35,275 bases of DNA, taken from positions 1 through 35,275 of the IMG/VR virus record IMGVR_UViG_3300031949_000113. One strand, 5' to 3'. The notes below the pieces were generated by a model. That model saw only the letters and a program-made list of their open reading frames with translations, was not told the origin of the DNA and did no database searches. Below are positions 25,096-32,468 of the stretch, one piece after another. A program made the position numbers and the translations under genes. The stretch is from a virus. Its lineage: Duplodnaviria; Caudoviricetes. Each line of letters begins with the position of its first letter. Positions within the stretch are counted from its first letter, which is position 1.

Positions 25096-26687
25096 CGTTT
25101 GGTCGCTTTCTTTTTCGGTGTGCGCTTCTGGATTCCCGCTCGCTTCGCGGCGGGAATGACGGAGGCGGCGGGGAGCAGCGTGGCGTCCCAGCCGGGCGGG
25201 TAAGTGATCTTGTATGTGTACGCGAAGGCGAGCAGTGCTTCGCGCGTTTCGGACAGATCGTTATCCATCGATTTGCTGGCATAAGTGAGTTGGTTGCAAC
25301 CGTCGAGAATAGCTTCGGCGAGCCAGGCGCGCAGCTGGGTTGGTGTGTTTTTGCTGGTCAGTCCATCTTTGTCGATGTCCAAATTGCCGCGATAGCCAAT
25401 CTGGCCGCCGATTGTTTCGACTATCAGGCGCAGTGTGCGCGGCTGCGTGGGCATCAGCGACATGAGCGACGTGGCGCAGATAGCAAGGGCGGCCTGGGCG
25501 CGTTCACGTACGACTTTATATTCGCGCTGCCGATCGTTGTAGCTCACCTGCGGCTTCACGGCCGGTTTCGATTTTTGTCGGGCCACCGCGGCGGCAAGCA
25601 CTTCATCGGCCTGGCTGGAGAGGATAGCGATGACGGCGGTTGGGCTACCGGTCACTTGTTGGCGGCGCATGCGCTCGCCGTAGTCTTTGGGCTGGGGCGC
25701 GGGCACGAGGCGGATGGCGTCGGAGTGAGTGGCGAGCACGGCGCGGGCCTGATCAAGATCGTGAACGATCTTCACTTTCTCATCGGGCGCGGCGACGGAA
25801 AGTTTTCTTTCTTTCGCTATGCGCGCGACGGCCTGGCTGTTCCAGGCGGTTTCTTTGGCGGTGAAGCAGGCGGGCCGAATGCAATAGCGGCGATAATCGA
25901 GCACCTTATTGAAGGGGCAGCTGTCGCAGGCGGGCAGGGGCATTTGAGTGCCGCCCATGTCGGCGGATGTTTTCGGGTCCCAGTTCATCGGCCAGTAGGC
26001 GGCATTGATGTGTTTGGCGATCGGGTCCACGGCTTTGATGAGCGCATGGAGGAAATGCGACTCGGGCTTTATAACGGGCCGGTCGCCTTCGTCAGTCCGA
26101 TCGGGCGCGTGTTCCGGCGCGCCCTGGCCGGCCTGCGCGATCGCCAGGCATTTCTTTTCGCCGAGGAGATGGACGTAGGGGATGAGGCGGCGGGCCAGGC
26201 GCTCGGGCAGTTGGCCGGCGGCGACGAGGGATTGAATCGGCGCGGGCAGCTCGAGCAGGGAGAGGAGGTGACTGACCGCCGATTGGGATTGCAAGCCGAG
26301 CAGTTTCGCCGCGGCGGATTGCGTCGCTTTGAATTGATCGATGTAGTTGCGCAGCAGCAGCGCACGCTCGATGGCGGAGAGGTCGCGGCGGGCGATGTTT
26401 TCGATCGCCATCGTCTCGAAGAGGGCCTGGTCGGTGACCTCCGCAATCTCGCAGGGCATGGGCAGGCCGGGGCGATAGAGGATCCAGGCGGCGCGGCGGC
26501 GATGGCCTTCGACGAGCTCATAGCGGCCGGGGCGATCGGGGTGGGGGCGGGCGCGGGGGGTGTGGATGAAGCCGATCGTTTTGATTGAGTCGAGATCAGT
26601 CAACGAGTCGGGCGTGAAGTCTAGGCGCGTCGGCGGCTGGTAGCGATTGGAGTCGACGAGGGCGGGGTCAATCAGTTGGCGGGTCAT
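25092..26687 (-). CDS. ParB/Spo0J-family protein with Cys cluster
   Basis: Start 26687 (ATGA overlap). YELVEGHRRR.A, IENIARRDLSAIERA, HTH QSAVSHLLSLLELP, ACDSCPFN..YCIRPACF. Confidence 0.9.
   Translation of the reverse strand: MTRQLIDPALVDSNRYQPPTRLDFTPDSLTDLDSIKTIGFIHTPRARPHPDRPGRYELVEGHRRRAAWILYRPGLPMPCEIAEVTDQALFETMAIENIARRDLSAIERALLLRNYIDQFKATQSAAAKLLGLQSQSAVSHLLSLLELPAPIQSLVAAGQLPERLARRLIPYVHLLGEKKCLAIAQAGQGAPEHAPDRTDEGDRPVIKPESHFLHALIKAVDPIAKHINAAYWPMNWDPKTSADMGGTQMPLPACDSCPFNKVLDYRRYCIRPACFTAKETAWNSQAVARIAKERKLSVAAPDEKVKIVHDLDQARAVLATHSDAIRLVPAPQPKDYGERMRRQQVTGSPTAVIAILSSQADEVLAAAVARQKSKPAVKPQVSYNDRQREYKVVRERAQAALAICATSLMSLMPTQPRTLRLIVETIGGQIGYRGNLDIDKDGLTSKNTPTQLRAWLAEAILDGCNQLTYASKSMDNDLSETREALLAFAYTYKITYPPGWDATLLPAASVIPAAKRAGIQKRTPKKKATKR
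25128..25160 (+). repeat. dRS3/CGTC-type palindrome (14-nt spacer) in the ParB C-terminus
   Basis: CTGG-ATTCCC-N14-GGGAAT-GAC, encodes VIPAAKRAGIQ on the minus strand. Confidence 0.8.
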
Positions 26688-26995
26688 GGGTTGCTCCGAG
26701 AAATGGTGATGCTGATGACGGGCGGGATGTCGCGCTCGACGTAGATCTCGACGGTGGTTTCGCAGATCTCGCATTGAGTGGTGAGAGAGCCCTGCATACC
26801 TTCGGAAAAATCGACGACGAAAGCGATGCGGCTTTTGCAATGCGGGCAATCGGCGATGATGCGGCTGCCGCGATCGTAGAATGGAATGCCATGCGGTCCG
26901 GATCGGAGTGTGAACCGATCGCGTTCCTGGCGCTCTTTGGCGCGCTCTTCCAGGATTTCACGGTGAATGTCGGCGAGGGTAGGGGTGGTGGTCAT
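26684..26995 (-). CDS. Zinc-ribbon (CPxC..CxxC) protein
   Basis: CPHC..VD.SEG.Q....CEIC; GGAGA RBS before ATG 26995. Confidence 0.75.
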   Translation of the reverse strand: MTTTPTLADIHREILEERAKERQERDRFTLRSGPHGIPFYDRGSRIIADCPHCKSRIAFVVDFSEGMQGSLTTQCEICETTVEIYVERDIPPVISITISRSNP

Positions 26996-26996
26996 A

Positions 26997-27338
26997 TCAA
27001 TCTCCATTGGTGGTCTTATGGTTAAAACGTTTTGGGCATTTCGATTCGTGATGCTTGAGCCAGTAGTGGCCGATGAGGCGGTCGCAGTATTGACAAGGCT
27101 CTTTGGCGATGGGACGTTTGGGCGATTTCGCGGTGCGCGCGGGCCGTGCTTGCTCTGGCGACCGGCTGACCCGTTTGCGGTGGGGCGTGTCGCCATCGGG
27201 TGGCGCCGGATTTTTTTTCAACAGGTTGCGCAGCTGATCGACGAAGGGTTCTGGGTCATCGAGGATGCGCTCGATGTCCATATCGTCGAGGCTGAGGGTG
27301 TGAACGTTGATGGTTTTGGGGTGAGAGGAAATGAACAT
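26997..27338 (-). CDS. Hypothetical protein with basic linker and C-terminal zinc finger
   Basis: CQYC.......LKHHESKC; fits operon packing. Confidence 0.72.
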   Translation of the reverse strand: MFISSHPKTINVHTLSLDDMDIERILDDPEPFVDQLRNLLKKNPAPPDGDTPHRKRVSRSPEQARPARTAKSPKRPIAKEPCQYCDRLIGHYWLKHHESKCPKRFNHKTTNGD

Positions 27339-27340
27339 GG

Positions 27341-27880
27341 TCAGGCTCCTAACACGAATTCGCGGAGGGCGTATTCGGCGCGATCGAGTTCACGATAGTC
27401 GAGGACGAGGACGCGATAGCCCAGCGCGCGCAGGCGAGCGAGTTTGAGTTCGTCGTTGGCGGCGCGGGTGCCCGGATAACGCGGGTCGTCGAAGAGCGGG
27501 TCGTAGTGCGGCTTGCCATTGATTTCAATGGCGAGCATCAGGGCGGGGAGGGCGATGTCGATCGATCGGAACGGTTCCGCTTCGTATTCGCGGAAGTAGT
27601 CCTGGTCGAGCGTGAGGCCGAGTCGACCGAGCATGGCCATTACTTGTTGTTCGTGCGATGACGGATGCTGCAGACGCCAGGCACGACACAGGTGATAGAG
27701 TTTGGCGTAGCCGTGGCGGCGCATGAATTCGATGGCACCGCGATGGCCGGCGGCGGCGAGCGATGCGGGCTTGACGTGGGCGCGGGCGTGCTGTTGCGAT
27801 TCGCGGGTGAATTGGGCGGCGCGGGCGAGACCGCCACGGCGGGACGCTTCGCGGCGTTGTTCGATCGTGAGGGCGGTCAT
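27341..27880 (-). CDS. DUF559/Vsr-like PD-(D/E)XK nuclease-domain protein
   Basis: PSSHE, REY, IDIA, LAIEING..H, D..K...L...GYRVL motifs; N-terminal RRGG/HRG repeats. Confidence 0.82.
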   Translation of the reverse strand: MTALTIEQRREASRRGGLARAAQFTRESQQHARAHVKPASLAAAGHRGAIEFMRRHGYAKLYHLCRAWRLQHPSSHEQQVMAMLGRLGLTLDQDYFREYEAEPFRSIDIALPALMLAIEINGKPHYDPLFDDPRYPGTRAANDELKLARLRALGYRVLVLDYRELDRAEYALREFVLGA

Positions 27881-28071
27881 GATTGGCCGCCGATCTGCGT
27901 CAATTGATATTGCGCTTGCAGCGCGGCCGCTTGCTGCGCCGCGTCAGTTTGGGCGGCGGCGACGGCGGTGGCGAGTTGGGTCGCATCGGCGAGGCCGGTC
28001 ACGGCGCGGCCGGCGACGACGAAGAAGAGATCGGGATTGGTGGCGTAGGGATTGTTCGGTTGTGGTTGCAT
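27877..28071 (-). CDS. Small Ala/Gln-rich hypothetical protein
   Basis: 64 aa, GGAGG RBS, ATGA overlap with the next gene. Confidence 0.7.
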   Translation of the reverse strand: MQPQPNNPYATNPDLFFVVAGRAVTGLADATQLATAVAAAQTDAAQQAAALQAQYQLTQIGGQS

Positions 28072-28099
28072 GTGGCCTCCAGTTTTAGTTTTGAGTTTG

Positions 28100-28177
28100 T
28101 GCTACAATGGAGGCGAAGAGACGAGCACCAAATGTTTCTCTTCGCCTCGATCGCCGCTGTTGAAGCCAGCGGCGATC
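28100..28177 (+). ncRNA. Putative antisense RNA unit 2 (extended -10 promoter plus two hairpins)
   Basis: TG-C-TACAAT 28100-28108; 12-bp stem 28110-28121/28137-28148; 11-bp stem 28149-28159/28167-28177. Confidence 0.55.
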
Positions 28178-28183
28178 TTCGTT

Positions 28184-28552
28184 TTAGAATTCATCTTCAT
28201 CTTCATCTTCATCGTCGTCGGGCATCATCGATAATGCCAGACCGTGCGGAATGGAAACGATGATGTCGTCGACGAGAATGGGCATGCCCTGGGCATCGAG
28301 ATCGCGTTCGACATCGGCGCGCAGCAGGTTGAAGCGCGTGACGATGTGATCAATCATGCGCGATCGTTCGTCGAGCGTGATGGCCGAGAGATCGAGGAGA
28401 TAGATTGGCATGTTGGGCTCGCCCGGCAAATTTGCAAATGTCGGCAGCGGCCCCTGCAGTGGGATATCATTCAGGCGCCCGAAAATTTTTTGCCAATCGG
28501 CGGCGCGTGGGCTGGATTCGACGATGGTGGCGGTGGTCTGATTGAGATTCAT
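28184..28552 (-). CDS. Hypothetical protein with acidic C-terminal tail
   Basis: 122 aa, AAAGGTG RBS, ends DDDEDEDEDEF. Confidence 0.75.
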   Translation of the reverse strand: MNLNQTTATIVESSPRAADWQKIFGRLNDIPLQGPLPTFANLPGEPNMPIYLLDLSAITLDERSRMIDHIVTRFNLLRADVERDLDAQGMPILVDDIIVSIPHGLALSMMPDDDEDEDEDEF

Positions 28553-28600
28553 GATTCACCTTTCGTGAGAGGGGGCCGATCGGGTTCGGCCTTCGTTTTT

Positions 28601-28831
28601 CTATTGATCGATGATCAATGGATCGGTTAGCATCGTGATTTGCCATGGCCAGAGTTCATCTTCGGACCAGCCGTTTTCAAGCGCAATGGCCTTGCAGCCT
28701 AATTCGCCAGCGCGATCGAATGAATTGATCTCAGTGACGACCGTCGCGGTATAGCTGCTGGCTTTGCCGCGCACAGTGACGATGTAGACGGCATCGTCGA
28801 GAGCGAGTTCCAATTCCTTTGATTGTGGCAT
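28601..28831 (-). CDS. Hypothetical protein
   Basis: AAAGGA RBS before ATG 28831 (alternative start 28885). Confidence 0.65.
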   Translation of the reverse strand: MPQSKELELALDDAVYIVTVRGKASSYTATVVTEINSFDRAGELGCKAIALENGWSEDELWPWQITMLTDPLIIDQ

Positions 28832-28900
28832 TTGAGTTTCCTTTCTGGAGGGGAGCCGATCGGGTTCGGCAGCCCGATCGGTCATGTTTGCCCCTTGCGA

Positions 28901-28928
28901 GTGGGGCGACCGCAAGGGTCGCCCCTAC
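28901..28928 (-). repeat. GTAG-type REP-like palindrome
   Basis: Minus strand GTAGGGGCGACC-CTTGC-GGTCGCCCC. Confidence 0.7.
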
Positions 28929-28972
28929 GTATTGTTTGAGGACGGGTCATGTTCCGATTGATTGCCTCCCTG

Positions 28973-29042
28973 TGATAGAATGAGGTGGGCGCGGGCTTTT
29001 CCCTCACGCGCCACATTCGCGGCGATGGTCGCGCATCGCCGC
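28973..29042 (+). promoter_or_regulatory. Extended -10 promoter plus two hairpins (unit 3; probable integrase promoter/leader)
   Basis: TG-A-TAGAAT 28973-28981; GTGGGCGCG..CGCGCCAC hairpin; 9-bp stem 29019-29027/29034-29042. Confidence 0.55.
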
Positions 29043-29062
29043 ATCCTCCGAGGGAAAATACC

Positions 29063-29950
29063 ATGAGTGCCGTAATCGAGGATTGGATCAATTGGCTGCG
29101 GTTGAGCGACCACAGCGAGACGACGGTGGCTGCCTACCGGTGGGAGATCGAGCATCTGCGCCGGTGGCGCGCCGACACCCACATCGACGGTTTAGGACGA
29201 TCGGACTTGCTGGCGTATATGGCCGAGCGGCGGCTGCTGCCTGGCCGGAAGGAGGAGCAGCTCAGCACGAGCGCGTTGAAGCGGACGGTGAATGCGCTGC
29301 GCTCGTACTACGCTTTCATCGGCTCGACGATCGCGGCGGAGCTGCCCCTGCCCAAACCTAAGTTGCGCGTGCAGCGCTGGCTGAAGTTCGATCAGGCGAT
29401 GGCGTTGCTGTCGGTCTGCGATACGAGCCGGCCGAAGGGCAAGCGCGATCTGGCGATGCTGACGCTGATGCTCGATACCGGACTGCGCGCGGCGGAGGTG
29501 TGCCGGCTGCGCGTGGATCAGGTGGATGTCGCCAGTCAGTCGCTGCACGTGGTGTGCAAGGGAGGCGATGATGAGACGGGGGATTATTCGATCGAGACGG
29601 CGAATTATCTGTCGGCCTGGCTCGCCAGTCGTGAATCGGTGGCGCGCTGCCCGAATGTGTTCGCGTCGTTCAATGGTCAGAATTACGGGGGGGCCTTGAC
29701 GACGCCCGGGCTGCGATGCCTGTTCCGTGCGCTGGGGGAGCGCGCCGGGCTGCCTCATCTGGCGCCGCACGACTTGCGGCGCACGTTTGCGACTTTGACG
29801 ACGCTGTTGGGCGCGCCAGGCCGCGCCGTGCAGGAGGGCGGCCGCTGGCACGATTTGAAGCTGGTGGAGCTTTACACGCGGTCGATTACGTCCAAGCTGA
29901 TTGTGCGATATTCGCCGGTCAGTTATCTGGTGCGGGGAGGGGCATCTTAA
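29063..29950 (+). CDS. int: Tyrosine recombinase / integrase (XerC/D-like, no obvious arm-binding domain)
   Basis: RDLAM..LMLDTGLR..E, KGG, PHDLRRTFAT, GRW and terminal Y; ATG 29063 with GAGG upstream. Confidence 0.93.
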   Translation: MSAVIEDWINWLRLSDHSETTVAAYRWEIEHLRRWRADTHIDGLGRSDLLAYMAERRLLPGRKEEQLSTSALKRTVNALRSYYAFIGSTIAAELPLPKPKLRVQRWLKFDQAMALLSVCDTSRPKGKRDLAMLTLMLDTGLRAAEVCRLRVDQVDVASQSLHVVCKGGDDETGDYSIETANYLSAWLASRESVARCPNVFASFNGQNYGGALTTPGLRCLFRALGERAGLPHLAPHDLRRTFATLTTLLGAPGRAVQEGGRWHDLKLVELYTRSITSKLIVRYSPVSYLVRGGAS

Positions 29951-29980
29951 GCAGATGGCTTAAGCTTCCAGAGGCAGAAT

Positions 29981-30021
29981 CTGTAGCCCTTGGTTACAGG
30001 TTCGAGTCCTGTACGGCTCAC
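29981..30021 (+). other. Putative attP core: 3' half of a tRNA (Lys-like)
   Basis: T-arm ACAGG-TTCGAGT-CCTGT, acceptor strand ACGGCTC plus A, no 5' half. Inverted CTGTAG/TTACAG flank a 7-bp CCCTTGG spacer. Lies 30 nt after int. Confidence 0.8.
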
Positions 30022-30029
30022 TGAGAGAC

Positions 30030-30098
30030 TGACCGAGCTCGAGGTGAGCACCCGCGAGGGATAGAGCAGGGTGATGGGGTCCGATTCCCCATCGGTTG
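30030..30098 (+). ncRNA. tRNA-like structured element lacking an anticodon loop
   Basis: TGACCGA/TCGGTTG closing stem, GCTC-GAGGT-GAGC arm, CCC-GCGA-GGG hairpin, TGGGG-TCCGATT-CCCCA T-arm-like hairpin. Confidence 0.45.
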
Positions 30099-30196
30099 TG
30101 TAGCTATTCTGTTTTTAATGTGCGGCGCTTCTCTACTCTTTCGACGGTAATAGAGTTGCGCTGTCCTCTGAAGGACAGAGTAGCGAATGAGCGCGA

Positions 30197-30409
30197 TCAG
30201 TTCGACGACTGATCGCGCTCTTTTTTATAGGCTTCGACGGAGGCGGTGGGAACTAGAAATGCAGTATTTTTGCCGCCTGGCAGTTTGAAAGCGCCTGGGA
30301 ATTTTCCGGCCGCAATCCAATTGTGAATTGTCTTGGGTGTGACCTGGAATAATTCGGAGATCTGCTTGGTGTTCATGAAATCTGACGCTTTCGATTGAGT
30401 CTGTGTCAT
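30197..30409 (-). CDS. HTH DNA-binding protein (excisionase/AlpA/Cox-like)
   Basis: FMNTKQISELFQVTPKTIHNWIAAGKFPGAFKL; adjacent to attP. Confidence 0.88.
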   Translation of the reverse strand: MTQTQSKASDFMNTKQISELFQVTPKTIHNWIAAGKFPGAFKLPGGKNTAFLVPTASVEAYKKERDQSSN

Positions 30410-30435
30410 CTGAGACTCCAGTGATTGATGACAAG

Positions 30436-30465
30436 AGTATATTACGAATGTGCGTAGTTTGTCAA
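30436..30465 (-). promoter_or_regulatory. Strong leftward sigma70-type promoter
   Basis: TTGACA-N18-TATACT upstream of the HTH gene; imperfect palindrome TACGAATGTGCGTA in the spacer. Confidence 0.75.
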
Positions 30466-30500
30466 GCTTTTCATGAATCTTTTAAGGATCGGAGGCTGCA

Positions 30501-30971
30501 ATGGACATCTTGATCTGGAAAGGCGAGGGTGCTTTTCAAGATGAAGTCGTAGGCGAGTCGCATTATCAACCGGCGTTGAAGCGGATCGCGGCCGGCGAGA
30601 AGCGCAAGCGGGTGATGGCGCGCCTGGTCTGTGAGCCTGAAAATCAATATGATAAGGATGCGGTGCGCGTCGACGTCGACGGGAAAACAGTCGGACATTT
30701 GCCGCGCGAGCGGGCCAAGTTGCATCATCAACGATTGAAGCGGTTGAATCAGCCGACGGCGATCGTCGAATGCGAGGCGGTGATTGTGACGGGATCGCAG
30801 GGAATCAGCGGGGTCTTTTTGGATTTGCCTTTTACGGTGCGCGGTGATCCGGCTGCGAAAGAGCCGGTCGCGCCAAAGTCGGCGAGTGTCGCATTGGAAT
30901 TCAATCCGATTGTTGCTGCGAAATCTGAATCGATCTTACGACGATTGCTGCGCCAGGTGCGGGGCAAATGA
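30501..30971 (+). CDS. HIRAN-domain-like protein
   Basis: EVVGESHYQ, L..EPEN.YD.DAVRV..DG..VGHLPR; GGAGG RBS. Confidence 0.85.
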   Translation: MDILIWKGEGAFQDEVVGESHYQPALKRIAAGEKRKRVMARLVCEPENQYDKDAVRVDVDGKTVGHLPRERAKLHHQRLKRLNQPTAIVECEAVIVTGSQGISGVFLDLPFTVRGDPAAKEPVAPKSASVALEFNPIVAAKSESILRRLLRQVRGK

Positions 30972-31044
30972 ATTGCGCCGGCGCAATGGACAGCCGCACT
31001 CGGGCGGATCGCGGCGGGTGCGGCTGAGGTGGGGGGCAGGGGGA

Positions 31045-31374
31045 TTACTCGGTGATTTTGCGGGGGCGGCCGCCCCTGCGACCATTGGCGGCGCTGGAGA
31101 TAGATTTGCGATCGGATTTGATCGAGCCTAGCGCGGCACCGGCCGCCGACACATGAGCACTATCCATCTCATTGGTGACTTCATCAACGTCCAGATTCTC
31201 ACCATAGATTGATTTCAGCCGGCGGGCGATGGTTTTCCATTCCTCGGTGCTATGCTGTTCAGTCTCGCAGATTCCATAGCGTGCCGCGTACACCATCGCG
31301 GCGGCGAGTGTGAATCCAACAGAGGCATTCGGGTTTTGTATGAGCATCTGGCGGTAGTGCTGTTCGTCTCTCAT
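31045..31374 (-). CDS. Hypothetical protein with C-terminal basic ANGRRGGRPRK motif (possible autoregulator)
   Basis: GAGGAG RBS before ATG 31374; AAGAALGSIKS.RK..SSAANGRRGGRPRK. Confidence 0.78.
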   Translation of the reverse strand: MRDEQHYRQMLIQNPNASVGFTLAAAMVYAARYGICETEQHSTEEWKTIARRLKSIYGENLDVDEVTNEMDSAHVSAAGAALGSIKSDRKSISSAANGRRGGRPRKITE

Positions 31375-31388
31375 TGATTGCTCCTCTA

Positions 31389-32027
31389 TCATCCACATTG
31401 GCAATGTTGATCGCAGTATCTACAATCGAGGTGCACGGGTTCCTCGTCGCAACGCGGGCAGGGTTCCCACAATTGACCACCACCATTATGGCGCGGCCGG
31501 CGCGTGGATTGTGGCAGCGTGGCGGCAACGGCGGATTGATATTCGGCATTGGTCAACGTCGGAGAGATCGTCGCGGCCTGCGCGCGGATGCTGGATGGTT
31601 CCAGATTGAGCGCCGCGCGATAGGCGTTGGCCGTGGCCTCGCACTGCATATAACCCAGCACATCGAATGCGCCGGCTGCGTGCATCGTGATCATTTCGGA
31701 TTCCATCATCTCGATTGCGTGTTCGTACTGCTGACGGTTGGTCTCGCCGGTTTTCAGTTGCCGGCGCAGTTCGGTGACAGCCTGCTGATGATTCATGGGT
31801 TTAGCTGCCTGGTTGAGAATCTCGAATTTGTGCATAAAATCGTTCTCGGCATTGAACCAATCCAATTTGCCGGTTTTCTCGTCGCGGATTTTTGCGCAGT
31901 AGCATTCGTGAATGTTATCCCACTGGCGATCCACGACAACGCCGCGTGTGAAATATTCTCGATCGTAGACAAATTTCCATGCGAATACACGATCACCCGT
32001 TGAAATCATCGTCGCGTTAGGATTCAT
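31389..32027 (-). CDS. Hypothetical protein with C-terminal Cys cluster
   Basis: 212 aa, AGGAGA RBS, ends CPRC......DCRYCDQHCQC; lower GC than the genome body. Confidence 0.75.
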   Translation of the reverse strand: MNPNATMISTGDRVFAWKFVYDREYFTRGVVVDRQWDNIHECYCAKIRDEKTGKLDWFNAENDFMHKFEILNQAAKPMNHQQAVTELRRQLKTGETNRQQYEHAIEMMESEMITMHAAGAFDVLGYMQCEATANAYRAALNLEPSSIRAQAATISPTLTNAEYQSAVAATLPQSTRRPRHNGGGQLWEPCPRCDEEPVHLDCRYCDQHCQCG

Positions 32028-32056
32028 CGTATCATCTCCTATCTGAGTATGATCTG

Positions 32057-32085
32057 ATTATAACCTATCGCTAGGTATCTGTCAA
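32057..32085 (-). promoter_or_regulatory. Consensus sigma70 promoter with palindromic operator in the spacer
   Basis: TTGACA-N17-TATAAT; ACCTA-TCGC-TAGGT at 32063-32076. Confidence 0.85.
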
Positions 32086-32228
32086 TAGGCAAAATGCGAT
32101 TTTTGGTCGATTCGGCAAAACTCTCATCTGGTGTTCGGTTTTGTTCTATCGCGGAGATCGGCGCGCTGGAGCCAGGATAGGGCGTTATCGCGCCGGGGCG
32201 GGTCAATTTCGGGCGATGGGCATGTTTG

Positions 32229-32237
32229 TGATATAAT
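32229..32237 (+). promoter_or_regulatory. Extended -10 promoter (candidate late promoter)
   Basis: TG-A-TATAAT followed by a structured region. Confidence 0.6.
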
Positions 32238-32432
32238 CCCCATTATGGACACCGACAGCGGCCTGACAAGCCGAAACTCAAACTTAGCGGGGAAAAACGA
32301 CGTCACACTGTCGGTGATGTTGGCTCAGAACGCGCGTTCGACCTTCGGGCGGCGCGTTCTGCGTTGGGGTGCATGAGATTTGAGACGGGAGCACTGCACC
32401 GCATGTGTTAGAGATTGAGTGATACTTGTCAC

Positions 32433-32462
32433 TTGCACGGAATAGAATTTCCGTTCTATAAT
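32433..32462 (+). promoter_or_regulatory. Promoter overlapped by a LexA-box-like palindrome
   Basis: TTGCAC-N18-TATAAT; AGAAT-TTCC-GTTCT at 32444-32457, one mismatch to AGAAC-N4-GTTCT. Confidence 0.6.
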
Positions 32463-32468
32463 CCACCT

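Noticed and set aside
25092-26687. Plasmid-prophage ParABS partition system
   Set aside because: No ParA ATPase or clear parS seen, and an integrase with attP is present; solo ParB-like genes are common in phage early regions.
29940-30021. Complete tRNA gene
   Set aside because: Only the T-arm and 3' acceptor strand are present; no GAGCCGT 5' strand, D-arm, anticodon arm or CCA.
30444-30458. LexA box in the leftward early promoter (CGAATGTGCGTAG)
   Set aside because: Only one good half-site; more likely an operator for the adjacent HTH protein; not supportable without binding data.
32245-32376. 43-aa leaderless ORF MDTDSGLT...
   Set aside because: No recognisable features and the region is dominated by base-pairing, so it is treated as probable RNA leader; coding cannot be fully excluded.
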